A DNA stretch of 64,000 bases from Promethearchaeia archaeon (lineage in GTDB: Archaea; Asgardarchaeota; Lokiarchaeia; Sigyniarchaeales; SOKP01): NCBI GenBank assembly GCA_029856145.1, contig JAHQWK010000004.1, positions 64,001-128,000 of the forward strand, read 5' to 3'. A program made the position numbers and the translations under genes. Of this stretch, positions 1 to 9,764 are shown piece after piece (the first letter of the stretch is position 1; each line of letters starts with the position of its first letter). A model generated the notes under the pieces. The model saw only the letters and a program-made list of their open reading frames with translations, had not been told where the DNA came from and ran no database searches.

Positions 1-312
1 TCCCCATATTTTCTCACTAGTCCAATCCCAAATACTAAAATTTATTCTAGATAATGATTGATTTACTTCAACACTATTAATTTTCCATTTCATTCTTTTT
101 CCTATACTTAAATTTTTAAAAACTCCAGAATCTTTCCAGTCACTACCAAAAATTATATCCATTTCCATTTGATTACAAACATTACATTTCCATATTAGCT
201 CTTGATCTTCATGAACTCCTACTCCATAATCGAGGGCATTTACAGTTGATGCTATATTACCTACTAATAAGAAAAATAATATAAAATTGAAAATATGTAT
301 TTTCTTCCTCAA
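1..312 (-). CDS. Secreted/surface hypothetical protein, partial (runs off window start)
   Basis: Not in ORF track. Manual translation from TTG at 312 gives MRKKIHIFNFILFFLLVGNIASTVNALDYGVGVHEDQELIWKCNVC..., open to position 1, with a signal-peptide-like N-terminus. Confidence 0.75.
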   Translation of the reverse strand, partial: MRKKIHIFNFILFFLLVGNIASTVNALDYGVGVHEDQELIWKCNVCNQMEMDIIFGSDWKDSGVFKNLSIGKRMKWKINSVEVNQSLSRINFSIWDWTSEKIWG

Positions 313-316
313 TTTC

Positions 317-1570
317 TTAAACTTCCTCCCTTTTTTTTTTTTTTTGCAAGCAATATTTACCTATCCCATAGAAAGCTAATATTAGAAAGAATGTACATCC
401 AAAATTATATGGAAACAATGGATAAATTAAATACCAAACACCTACAAAAGCAAGATCGAAAAAGCTAAAGAAAAACAAACTCAGCTTAATAGGTTCTGTA
501 ATTTTAGAGCGTCGTGGCAAATTAAACATAATTATTATTAAAATTGGTGTTAAATTGAGTAAATGATGATCCCACGAATCAAAATATGCAAGCAACATGA
601 TAATGATACCAAAAGCATAACCATATATTATTGAATTTTTCTCAAATCTCCCAATTAAGAAGGTTATAAATCCTAATCCTCCAATAATAGCAATAACTCC
701 TAAAAAAAGAATAAGTTGATTAAAAGGGATATTATAAAAATAACAGAAATTCGTTATTAGCTTAGTAATACTGAAAGAAAAATTTAAAGCAACTGGATTA
801 CTTCCTGTAAAATTAGTGTCCAAAAAACCTTCCCATAAGGTTGGATATAAGAAGAAAAGAATAAAATTTAACAAAACAGGTATTAGCACTCCAATTATGC
901 GTGTCAAACTTCTTAAAAACTCAATTTTAAACTTTTTTTTCACTAAATTGAAATTGATTATGATTAGAAAAGGTATTAAAAAAAAAGCTGTAGGTTTAAT
1001 GATGATGCTTATGCCTAAAATTAGACTGCCAATAAATTGCCATTTAAGGTTTTTATATTTAAGGAAAATGTAAAGAGATAAAACAATAAAAAATGTAATA
1101 TATAAATTAATTTGACCATATATATAATTAAGTACATGGGGTAATCCCATTAAGTAAATACATAAATATAAAATAACTCTTTTATCATCTTTTTCATGAT
1201 CATCGTTTCTAACTAAGATTATAATTTTATAGAGATAATTACAAATCAAAATATTAAGGAATATGTTAAAAATATTGAAAATTATAAAAGCGGACTCAAA
1301 ATTCAAGATAGAAAATGGGATAAAAAATAAAGCCGATAATGGAAAATATCTAAAATCCCATAAATAATATGTTTGATTATAAAGATTTTCAATATCGTTT
1401 AGAAATATATCTCCAACTTTATAAAAAATGATAAAATCATTTTTGTCTCGATAAATTATGAAAAATAATACTATTGAAAGTATAAAATAGAAGAGATGTA
1501 GAATTAGAGCATACCTAAATATATTATGTTTCCATAGCTCTCTAGCCCTCTTGATAAATTTGAATTTCAT
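317..1570 (-). CDS. GT-C fold membrane glycosyltransferase (GT87/DUF2029-like)
   Basis: Polytopic membrane protein with NDFxIFY, FRYFPLSALFF, YGQIN, IIIKP and SWDHH motifs typical of GT87. Confidence 0.75.
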   Translation of the reverse strand: MKFKFIKRARELWKHNIFRYALILHLFYFILSIVLFFIIYRDKNDFIIFYKVGDIFLNDIENLYNQTYYLWDFRYFPLSALFFIPFSILNFESAFIIFNIFNIFLNILICNYLYKIIILVRNDDHEKDDKRVILYLCIYLMGLPHVLNYIYGQINLYITFFIVLSLYIFLKYKNLKWQFIGSLILGISIIIKPTAFFLIPFLIIINFNLVKKKFKIEFLRSLTRIIGVLIPVLLNFILFFLYPTLWEGFLDTNFTGSNPVALNFSFSITKLITNFCYFYNIPFNQLILFLGVIAIIGGLGFITFLIGRFEKNSIIYGYAFGIIIMLLAYFDSWDHHLLNLTPILIIIMFNLPRRSKITEPIKLSLFFFSFFDLAFVGVWYLIYPLFPYNFGCTFFLILAFYGIGKYCLQKKKKREEV

Positions 1571-1662
1571 TGAATATTTAACAAATTTTTATTTTAGTTT
1601 TAAATTCTTAAATTAAATTACTAAAATTAAATTTTTTAATATTTATTATCAAGGTAAATAGA

Positions 1663-3099
1663 ATGTTAATTCTCACCAACAAATTTGAAAGAGTGACATA
1701 TGGAGTAATAATTGGTAACCGAGATGTTTTTCCAGATAACCTTGCCAAAGAAGGAAGACTTGAAACTATTGAAGTTTTAAATGAATTGGGATACGACTAC
1801 GTTATTTTGAATGAAGAAGATTCTAAATTTGGGGTCGTAGAAACTTACCAAGACGCAAAAAAATGTGCGGATTTATTTAAAAATAACAAAGATAAGATTT
1901 TTGGCATATTAGTGATTCTACCAAATTTTGGAGATGAGAAAGGGATTGCTAATACAATAAAGCTATCAGATCTTAATGTTCCTGTTTTAGTTTATGCTTC
2001 TGCAGACGAAATCGATAAGATGGATAGAAAACATCGAAGAGATGCATTTTGTGGAAAAATATCTGTCACTAGTGTATTATACCAGCATGGAATTCCTTTT
2101 ACATTAACCAAATACCATACATGCCCAATAAAATCTGATGCTTTTAAAGAAGATCTAAAGAGATTTGAAAAAATATGCAGAATAGTAAAAAAACTTAGAG
2201 GTGCTCGATTAGGACAAATAGGAACGAGACCCAATGCTTTTGAAACCGTTAGGTATAGTGAAAAAATATTAGAATTTAATGGGATAAGTATTGAACCAAT
2301 AGATCTATCCGAAATTCTTGGAGATATAGATCAATTAAAGACTGATGATCCGCAAGTAATAGAAAAAATTGAATTCATAAAGAATTATACATCTACTAAA
2401 GTAATTCCTGAAGATAGCTTAATTAAACTAGCAAAATTAGCAGTTGTAATTAAAAATTGGATAATAGAAAATGACTTAGATGGATTTGCTTTTCAATGTT
2501 GGCCTAGTATTCAAGATAATTTTGGAATCGTACCATGTGCAGTAATGAGTATGTTCAGCGAAGGCCTTGTTCCTGCTGCTTGTGAAGTTGATATTTCTGG
2601 TTTAATAGGAATGCTAATATTGCAAATCGCTTCTGGGAGTCCTTCAGCGATACTTGATTGGAACAATAATTATGGTGATAATCCTAACAAAATGGTTTTA
2701 TTTCATTGTAGTAATCTGCCTAAATCGTTCTTTCAAGACACTAAAATGACAATTCATCCAATAATTTCAGACCAAAAAGGTGGAGATGTAAGTTTTGGCG
2801 CAATTCAAGGCCGTATTAAAACTAAACCCTGTACTCTACTGAGAATTGAAACGGATGATCTTTTTGGAGAGATAAAAGCAATTTTAGCAGAAGGGAGTTA
2901 CACTAAAGATCCATTAGACACATTTGGGGGATATGGAGTAGTAAATATTCCTAATTTACCGGAATTGCTAAAAAAGCTATGTCTTGGTGGTTTTGCTCAT
3001 CATGTTGCAGCAACATTAAATCAAGTAGGGGATATTGTAGAAGAAGCATTAACTAAATATTTAGGTTATAACTTTGAATTTCATAATAAAGAAATTTAA
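1663..3099 (+). CDS. L-fucose/L-arabinose isomerase family protein
   Basis: Motifs PNFGDE, RRDAFCGKIS, FQCWP, ACEVD, FHCSN and GFAHHVA. Confidence 0.85.
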   Translation: MLILTNKFERVTYGVIIGNRDVFPDNLAKEGRLETIEVLNELGYDYVILNEEDSKFGVVETYQDAKKCADLFKNNKDKIFGILVILPNFGDEKGIANTIKLSDLNVPVLVYASADEIDKMDRKHRRDAFCGKISVTSVLYQHGIPFTLTKYHTCPIKSDAFKEDLKRFEKICRIVKKLRGARLGQIGTRPNAFETVRYSEKILEFNGISIEPIDLSEILGDIDQLKTDDPQVIEKIEFIKNYTSTKVIPEDSLIKLAKLAVVIKNWIIENDLDGFAFQCWPSIQDNFGIVPCAVMSMFSEGLVPAACEVDISGLIGMLILQIASGSPSAILDWNNNYGDNPNKMVLFHCSNLPKSFFQDTKMTIHPIISDQKGGDVSFGAIQGRIKTKPCTLLRIETDDLFGEIKAILAEGSYTKDPLDTFGGYGVVNIPNLPELLKKLCLGGFAHHVAATLNQVGDIVEEALTKYLGYNFEFHNKEI

Positions 3100-3101
3100 A
3101 C

Positions 3102-4196
3102 TTATTTTTTTCTTTTTATTGAAATCTCTTTTTGAAAAAATCCCGATTCGATTATACCACTTTTATTTGTGTCAAGATTTGTAAGAATTTCATATGGATA
3201 AAATTTTTCTGCCGCATTTTGGTAATCTAATATCCTATTTCTAGTCAAATATATTGAATACTCTGAAATATCACATCCAATCCATCTCCTCCCCAATTTT
3301 TCAGCTACTACTAAAGATGTTCCAGAACCACAGAAAAAATCAGCAATTAAATCTCCTTCATTAGAACCTAATCTAATAATTCTATCAAGTAATTTATGAT
3401 GTTTTTGTGTAGGAAACCCTGTCCATTCTTTTGATGCGGGTTGCATACAGGGTATTTTCCAAACATCATCCATCTTTTTGTCATTAACGATTCTATATAT
3501 TGTATGTCCGTTCTCATCTTTCACATTTTTTAAAACACCATTCACCATCTCTCTCTTCAATTGTTTTTGAGGTTTTTTTCGGGGAATTCTTACTTGATTG
3601 AAAGTATAGTTATTAGATTTTGAGTACACTAAAATCGTATCATGAGCTCTTGGTAAATTTTTCTTTCCCGCAGAAAATTTGTTATAATAATACCAAATAA
3701 TATTATTAACAAACCTTTTTTCTCCGAAAATTTCATCCAAAATTAACCGAATATAGTGGTTTGCATGCCAATCTGAATGAATGAAAATTAAACCTGTTTT
3801 TGAGAGAATTTTATTAAATAGTATTATCCTATCGTATAACATTTGTAAATAGGAGCTCAAATCTCTATTCCAATGATCATAATATGCAATAGAATCATAA
3901 AATTTATCACTTTCTTTTATTTTGATTTGATAATTGGTACCAGAAAAGAAAGGTGGATCTATGTAAATTAAATCTATTTTTTCATCAAAATTATTTAATA
4001 AAAAAAGTAAAACTTCTAAATTATCACCCCAGAATAGTTTATTCATCCAAGGTTTAGAGTTATTTATAGTCTTTCTTTCTTTATTACTATTAATTGAATG
4101 AGACTCAAAAGAATTAAAAAAATCAGGAGGGAAATCTTTTAGATCTTCCAATTTAGAATAAATATCTTTTTTGTTTTTCCAGATTAATTTAACCAT
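3102..4196 (-). CDS. Orphan beta-class N6/N4 DNA methyltransferase
   Basis: IDLIYIDPPF catalytic motif precedes FPTQKH and ADFFCGSGT (SAM binding). No adjacent endonuclease. Confidence 0.9.
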   Translation of the reverse strand: MVKLIWKNKKDIYSKLEDLKDFPPDFFNSFESHSINSNKERKTINNSKPWMNKLFWGDNLEVLLFLLNNFDEKIDLIYIDPPFFSGTNYQIKIKESDKFYDSIAYYDHWNRDLSSYLQMLYDRIILFNKILSKTGLIFIHSDWHANHYIRLILDEIFGEKRFVNNIIWYYYNKFSAGKKNLPRAHDTILVYSKSNNYTFNQVRIPRKKPQKQLKREMVNGVLKNVKDENGHTIYRIVNDKKMDDVWKIPCMQPASKEWTGFPTQKHHKLLDRIIRLGSNEGDLIADFFCGSGTSLVVAEKLGRRWIGCDISEYSIYLTRNRILDYQNAAEKFYPYEILTNLDTNKSGIIESGFFQKEISIKRKK

Positions 4197-4218
4197 TCTA
4201 ATAATAAAAGAATTTAAT

Positions 4219-4920
4219 TTACTGAATTTCTTTGTTTTCTAAGAGACCGTCAAATTCTCTGTCACTCAGGAAACCCTTGGTAATCATAATATCTTTGATA
4301 CCTTCAATGAGTTGTGGTGCTCCTTTAGCTTCTGCTATTGCTTCTTCTAACGATACTATTTTTTGATTTAATGCTATAATTTCTTTTTCTTTATTTTCTT
4401 TTTCCTCTTTGAGACTTTCAGTTTCTACGTACGTATCTGAAATGGATTTTTGTAACTCACTTTTTAGACCTTCGATTTCATTTTCTTTTTGTTGAACATT
4501 TTCTCTGAGATCTTCATTCTCTTTTTTTAAATTGGCGATTGCATTATCAATTTTTGCAGATGATTCTTTTAATTTGTTTTCTAATTCAGTAACCATAGAG
4601 TTAGATTCAGATAATTTAGTTTCCAAATCTGATTTTGCTGTTCTTAGTTTATTTATCTCTGCATCAGCGTATAGCTTCTCCTCTTTTATTCTCTCAAAAT
4701 TCTTAGTTTTTTCTTTAAAATCTTCAAATTTCTTCTTAGATTCTGATAGATCTTCTTTAGTTGTCTTAAGCTTGGATGAAGTTTTTTCTAACTCCCTTTT
4801 ATTTTGAGTTAATTGTTTTTCTAAAGTATTAATCTTGGATCTGAGATCTAATAAAACCTTTCCCTCAACCGATAGCTTCTTTTCAGGTTTTGCTTCGGCC
4901 TTAACCCAATCGATTGAAAT
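4219..4920 (-). CDS. Coiled-coil protein, paralog A (233 aa, ATT start proposed)
   Basis: Frame stays open far upstream of the ORF-track TTG at 4626. Its N-terminus (I)SIDWVKAEAKPEKKLSVEGKVLLDLRSKI aligns with paralog B. GGTGA SD lies 7 nt before ATT at 4920. C-terminal KGFLSDREF. Confidence 0.8.
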   Translation of the reverse strand: MSIDWVKAEAKPEKKLSVEGKVLLDLRSKINTLEKQLTQNKRELEKTSSKLKTTKEDLSESKKKFEDFKEKTKNFERIKEEKLYADAEINKLRTAKSDLETKLSESNSMVTELENKLKESSAKIDNAIANLKKENEDLRENVQQKENEIEGLKSELQKSISDTYVETESLKEEKENKEKEIIALNQKIVSLEEAIAEAKGAPQLIEGIKDIMITKGFLSDREFDGLLENKEIQ

Positions 4921-5078
4921 TTTCCTTTCACCTTTTCTGTATTTTTATAAATTTAATTTTTTAACATATTTAATTTTATGTTGCTATATATTTATTTTCT
5001 TAAAGTTGATTATTTATAAACTTTACATTAAAGTATTTGTAAATATAAAAAACCAATAATATAAGTGAACTTAGTCTT

Positions 5079-5807
5079 TCATTCTTCCATTTCATTTAGT
5101 AATGATTCAAGCTCCTTGTCGGACAAAAAACCTTTTAATTCCATCAACTTCTTAATTTTTTCAATTATCTCAGTTGATATTACTGCTTTAGACACTTGAG
5201 TTTCAAAGTCTTTAAATTTTTTAATTTGATTATCAGTGAATTTTTTTTCATCCTTTAATTTCTCTTTTAAAGTTTCAATTTCTTCATCTTTATGATTAAT
5301 TTCAGATTTCAGATTTTGAATTTCTTTATCTTTATTTAAGAGTTCTTTTACTTTCTCTAACCTCTCTTCTTCTTTAGTGTGAATTTCTTTATTTCTAGAC
5401 AGGAATTTTTCTTCCATTTCATTTGATTTTGTGGCAAATTTATTTAATTGGTTTTCAAGGTTCGTAATTTTAGCTACTGCTTCGGTTAATTTTTTTTCTA
5501 AATTTGATTTGTTTAAGGCTAATTTGGCTATTTCAATATCACCATGCAATTTCTCTTCCTTAATCTGACTTAATGATTTTCTAGCCGTAGATTTTCTTTC
5601 TGTAAGTTCCGTTAAACTTCTTTCACGCCCTGTTAGCTTTTCTTTGGTTGTTTTCAGTTCACTTGTTTTATTTTTTATATTCTTTTGCTCTTTTCTTAAT
5701 TCCTGTTCTAAATCTTTTATTTTAGCCCTAAGTTCTAGTAGGAATGTTCCTTCAACAGATACTTTTTTATTAGGTTTTGCTTCCACCTTATCCCATTCAA
5801 GACTAAT
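5079..5807 (-). CDS. Coiled-coil protein, paralog B (242 aa, ATT start proposed)
   Basis: N-terminus (I)SLEWDKVEAKPNKKVSVEGTFLLELRAKI. GGTGA SD lies 6 nt before ATT at 5807. C-terminal KGFLSDKEL. ORF track starts at GTG 5786. Confidence 0.8.
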   Translation of the reverse strand: MSLEWDKVEAKPNKKVSVEGTFLLELRAKIKDLEQELRKEQKNIKNKTSELKTTKEKLTGRERSLTELTERKSTARKSLSQIKEEKLHGDIEIAKLALNKSNLEKKLTEAVAKITNLENQLNKFATKSNEMEEKFLSRNKEIHTKEEERLEKVKELLNKDKEIQNLKSEINHKDEEIETLKEKLKDEKKFTDNQIKKFKDFETQVSKAVISTEIIEKIKKLMELKGFLSDKELESLLNEMEE

Positions 5808-5935
5808 TTCATTTCACCATTTCATCGCTTTTTTGAAAATATATAAAGTTACAATAATTTTATATAAAAATTAATTATTTCAGTTTAAAAAAATATTGAA
5901 TTATTAAAATAATATAATCTTTAAATTTTAATTAA

Positions 5936-6739
5936 ATGGTAAAACTATCAATTGGAACTGCTGGTTTTTTTTATAAGGATTGGATTGGCCCTTTTTATCC
6001 AAAAAATTTACAAAAAGCCCAATATCTAGAATATTTTTCCAAATTCTTTAATCTAGTTGAAATAAATTCAACTTTCTATAATTTACCCTCTGAAGATATG
6101 GTGATTAATTGGAATCATCGTGTTCCAGAAAATTTCCGGTTTATAGTTAAAGTTTGGCAACAAATTTCCCATAATTTAGATGACCAGGATTTAGACTCGC
6201 ATATTATCGAATTCTTTTCAAGATTGAATGAATTAAAACCTAAGATTATTAGATTTTTATTACAATTTCCTCCTTGGTTTAAATATTCAGAGAGTCATTT
6301 ACAAAAATTGGAGTTGCTTCTTAAAAGGGTTCCTTCAGGGTATAAATACATTATTGAATTACGGGATAATTCATGGTATGATTCTGAGATTCTTTCTAAA
6401 TTTATTGATGGTGAAAATGTAATACTTGGAACAACATATATGCCGAAAATTATCCCCTATTATATGCCAAATCAAAATAAATATTATATTAGGATGATTG
6501 GAGATAGAGAACTTAGTGTTTTTAACCAAATTCAAAGAGATCAAAATGATGCTCTAGACGACCTATATACAAATGTTCAGAAACTAATGAAAACACCCAA
6601 TATATACGAAATCTTTATTATTGTGAATAATCACTTCCAAGGTTATGCTCCTGAATCAGTTAATACGATAAAAAAGAAATTTGGATTGTCATATCGTAGC
6701 TTTAGTAATCAAACAAACTTAATTGATTTCATCTCTTAA
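5936..6739 (+). CDS. DUF72 (YecE-like) TIM-barrel protein
   Basis: Motifs IGTAGFFYKDW, VEINSTFY, LLQFPPWF, IELRDNSW and VNNHFQG. Confidence 0.9.
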   Translation: MVKLSIGTAGFFYKDWIGPFYPKNLQKAQYLEYFSKFFNLVEINSTFYNLPSEDMVINWNHRVPENFRFIVKVWQQISHNLDDQDLDSHIIEFFSRLNELKPKIIRFLLQFPPWFKYSESHLQKLELLLKRVPSGYKYIIELRDNSWYDSEILSKFIDGENVILGTTYMPKIIPYYMPNQNKYYIRMIGDRELSVFNQIQRDQNDALDDLYTNVQKLMKTPNIYEIFIIVNNHFQGYAPESVNTIKKKFGLSYRSFSNQTNLIDFIS

Positions 6740-6811
6740 TCAATTTTTATTCAAGAAATTCTCGATTTTGAATAAGTAAATTTTAAATACATCTTATTTA
6801 ACTATAATTTT

Positions 6812-8059
6812 ATGGAAATCACTGATAATTTAAAGAAACTATTTAAGAAAGATAATTGGAAATTAGCTGTTCTTGTCTTATGGCTTCTCGTTGGTGTAAG
6901 TATAATTCAATTTCTTCCATTAGTAGGTATAATTATTTTTTTACCTTACCTTACGTTTTTGATGTTTCTATTTTTACTTTCGCTTGGTACGAAAAAAAAT
7001 ATTATGGAATATCAATTATGGAAAATAGCTTTATTGTTAGTAGTGTCCTTACCCCTTTTATTATTACTCGCAATTATTCTCATTGTTTTATTCGCTTTTT
7101 CGATAATATCATATTTTTTCTTTACTTCTTGGTTTATTTTATACGCATGTTATTTAATGGGGATTGGTATAGAAAAAAAATTATTCAAATATCCAAGATC
7201 AAGAACCTTTATTAGAACACTCCTATTTTTTGGAGGTATAGCAGGTTCATTATTATTATTATATTTATTCATAATTGGCCCAACATTATTTGATTTTTCT
7301 CTTATCTCAACAGTGGAAGTTCCTCTTTTTCTAAACCTTGCTTATGTAGTGGTAGGGAGTGTGATTATTGGACTAGCAATTTTTGGCATAATTCTCATGT
7401 TTAAAAAAATTTTTAATGCGTGGTTGGGTATATTTTTTATTCTTGTTGCGGGTTACACTCTATTTTTAGTTGTGAAGATATTTCTAGGTCTTGATGAGGA
7501 AATAAATACTATCCCTTCAATTTGGACTAATATTGGGATGTTAATAGTAGATTTAGTTATTATACTTTACTCTTTAAGCACCCTTATGGGAAAAAACGCC
7601 GAATTTCTAGCAAAAAGGTTTAAACGTATGGGAATCGATACAGCAATAATTTGGCTAATTTTCTCGAAAGTTTCATATGAATTCATTCATCACTTTCCTT
7701 ACACTGTATTTGAGCAAATAAACATTCCATGGATCCAAGCTCTTACTGATTTAAATAATGATATTATTAATCTCGCTAAAAATGTAGCAGTTCTGGCGTT
7801 TTTTATAGTCCTTTTATTAGTGATAGGAATATATGAGATTAGAAAATATACTAGACAACAGAAAGAGTTGATAAAAGATGTCCATTATGAAGTAAAAGAA
7901 CTTATATCGCCACAACCTACGTTTGAAAAACCTCAACCGATTACTGAAGAACCTCATCCTGTTATTGAGGAACCTAAAATAACAGAAGACGACGACGTAA
8001 TAACATATCAAGAAGAAGAAATTAATGAAGACAATAATAAGGAAACAGATTTAGGTTAA
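6812..8059 (+). CDS. Polytopic membrane protein with acidic/Pro-rich C-terminal tail
   Basis: About 9-10 hydrophobic segments; tail PQPTFEKPQPITEEPHPVIEE... Confidence 0.7.
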   Translation: MEITDNLKKLFKKDNWKLAVLVLWLLVGVSIIQFLPLVGIIIFLPYLTFLMFLFLLSLGTKKNIMEYQLWKIALLLVVSLPLLLLLAIILIVLFAFSIISYFFFTSWFILYACYLMGIGIEKKLFKYPRSRTFIRTLLFFGGIAGSLLLLYLFIIGPTLFDFSLISTVEVPLFLNLAYVVVGSVIIGLAIFGIILMFKKIFNAWLGIFFILVAGYTLFLVVKIFLGLDEEINTIPSIWTNIGMLIVDLVIILYSLSTLMGKNAEFLAKRFKRMGIDTAIIWLIFSKVSYEFIHHFPYTVFEQINIPWIQALTDLNNDIINLAKNVAVLAFFIVLLLVIGIYEIRKYTRQQKELIKDVHYEVKELISPQPTFEKPQPITEEPHPVIEEPKITEDDDVITYQEEEINEDNNKETDLG

Positions 8060-8212
8060 TTAAATAATTAAATCTCTTTATTATTTTCAAAAACTCTTTT
8101 TTTGTATTTGAAGTAGAATTTCAACATAAATTAAAAATTTCTCATAGATTAATAGTTTAATAATTAGTTTTATTAACCAATAATTCAAAAAGTGTCATAC
8201 TTAATCTAATTA

Positions 8213-8740
8213 GTGTTTGATATGAGTAATTATGAAACCAGCTCTGAAGAAATCTTTCTTAAGAAATTTGAAAAATTATCGTTAAAGATTGAACAGTTAA
8301 CAGATGAAATTTCAAAAATGAAAACAAAATTAGATAAGAATTATAAGGTTAATCGAACATTTGGATTGAAATCTGTTAGAAATTCTGAACCATTAGAATT
8401 CGCTAAGGATGTCATGGGGATCGGAAGTCCTACTAAAAGATATTTATTATCTCTAAGAGCAATTACCGAAGAATGGAAAGGAAGAAAAAATGATATCTTA
8501 ATTACAATAAGACAACAAGAAAAAGAAACACAAATGGATTTAAAATCTCTTGGAATTAGGATTCCAATTAATGATATTAAAAATATTCGTGTTCTTGCAA
8601 AACAAATTCTCTCATTATTGTATATATCATGCGAATTACGTGGATTGGCCATCAATGAGATTCTAAGGGAAATAATAACTGAGATAAATAATGACGGACA
8701 CAAAATGGTTCAAGAGATAAAACAAAAAATGGTATTTTAA
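8213..8740 (+). CDS. Hypothetical protein: N-terminal coiled coil plus possible PC4-like domain
   Basis: Heptad-rich N-terminus. The segment LRAITEEWKGRKNDILITIRQ...LGIRIP followed by a helix resembles the PC4/YdbC pattern (by eye). Confidence 0.5.
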   Translation: MFDMSNYETSSEEIFLKKFEKLSLKIEQLTDEISKMKTKLDKNYKVNRTFGLKSVRNSEPLEFAKDVMGIGSPTKRYLLSLRAITEEWKGRKNDILITIRQQEKETQMDLKSLGIRIPINDIKNIRVLAKQILSLLYISCELRGLAINEILREIITEINNDGHKMVQEIKQKMVF

Positions 8741-8968
8741 GATTTCTTCAGTATTTTATTACGTATTCATCTTTCCTGCTAAAGAAAAACTAAAACAACC
8801 TCTATAAATTTTATGAAAAATTTCGTGAAACAAGAATTTCACGATCTAAAAATTTAGTATGTGAGCTCTTTAGATTTAGAGTTTTAAAAACCAAAAATAA
8901 TATATTTAGTTCAATTTAAATGATCAATCATTAGAAATTAAATTAAAAAAATACCAGAGTTAGAAAAA

Positions 8969-9760
8969 ATGGAATATGAAGAAATAATTTTTGAGAAAAA
9001 AGATAAAATTGCCCGTATAACAATCAATCGCCCTCAACGTTATAACGCTTGTAATTTACGCGCAGTCCATGAATTAATTGACGCGTTCGACCAATGTTGG
9101 GATAATAAAATTGGTGTTGTTGTTTTTACAGGATTAGGAGAAAAGGCTTTTTGTACCGGCGGTGATCAAAGTACACGAGAAGTAGGAGGTTACACAGGAG
9201 AGTATATGTTACCATTGGAAGTCGGTTGGCAACGAGTGACTCTTCTAATCCGTACTTTACCTAAACCTGTTATTGCTAGAGTAAATGGATATGCAATTGG
9301 AGGAGGACATGTATGGCATGTTAATTGCGATTTAAGTATCGCTGCGGAACATGCACAATTTGGACAAGCAGGACCCCGCGTTGGGTCATTTGATCCGGGA
9401 TATGGAACAGGAGATTTAATGCGTGCCGTAGGTGTGAAACGTGCTAAAGAAATATGGTATCTATGCCGTAGATACACAGCTCAACAAGCTTTACAAATGG
9501 GGCTTGTAAATGCTGTTGTCCCGTATGAGAAGTTAGATGAAGAAATAGATCAATGGTGTCAAGAATTGTTAGAAAAGAGTCCAACTGCTCTTAAAATGTT
9601 GAAATATGCATTTTTAGCCGAAACTGATGGAGTAACGGGCATTACACAATTAGGAGTTGGTGGTTTATCTATGTATTATGGCACCGAGGAAGCAGTTGAA
9701 GGAAAGAATGCATTTATCGAAAAGCGAAAACCAAATTTTAATCAATTTAGGGAAGAATGA
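8969..9760 (+). CDS. Crotonase superfamily enzyme, MenB/BadI subfamily
   Basis: Motifs AFCTGGDQ, GYAIGGGHV, FGQAGPRVGSFDPGYG, EIWYLCRRY and YYGTEEAVEGKNAFIEKRKP. Confidence 0.85.
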   Translation: MEYEEIIFEKKDKIARITINRPQRYNACNLRAVHELIDAFDQCWDNKIGVVVFTGLGEKAFCTGGDQSTREVGGYTGEYMLPLEVGWQRVTLLIRTLPKPVIARVNGYAIGGGHVWHVNCDLSIAAEHAQFGQAGPRVGSFDPGYGTGDLMRAVGVKRAKEIWYLCRRYTAQQALQMGLVNAVVPYEKLDEEIDQWCQELLEKSPTALKMLKYAFLAETDGVTGITQLGVGGLSMYYGTEEAVEGKNAFIEKRKPNFNQFREE

Positions 9761-9764
9761 GGAT

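Noticed and set aside
4219-5807. SMC or chromosome partition protein
   Set aside because: No Walker A/B, signature motif or hinge, and far too short.
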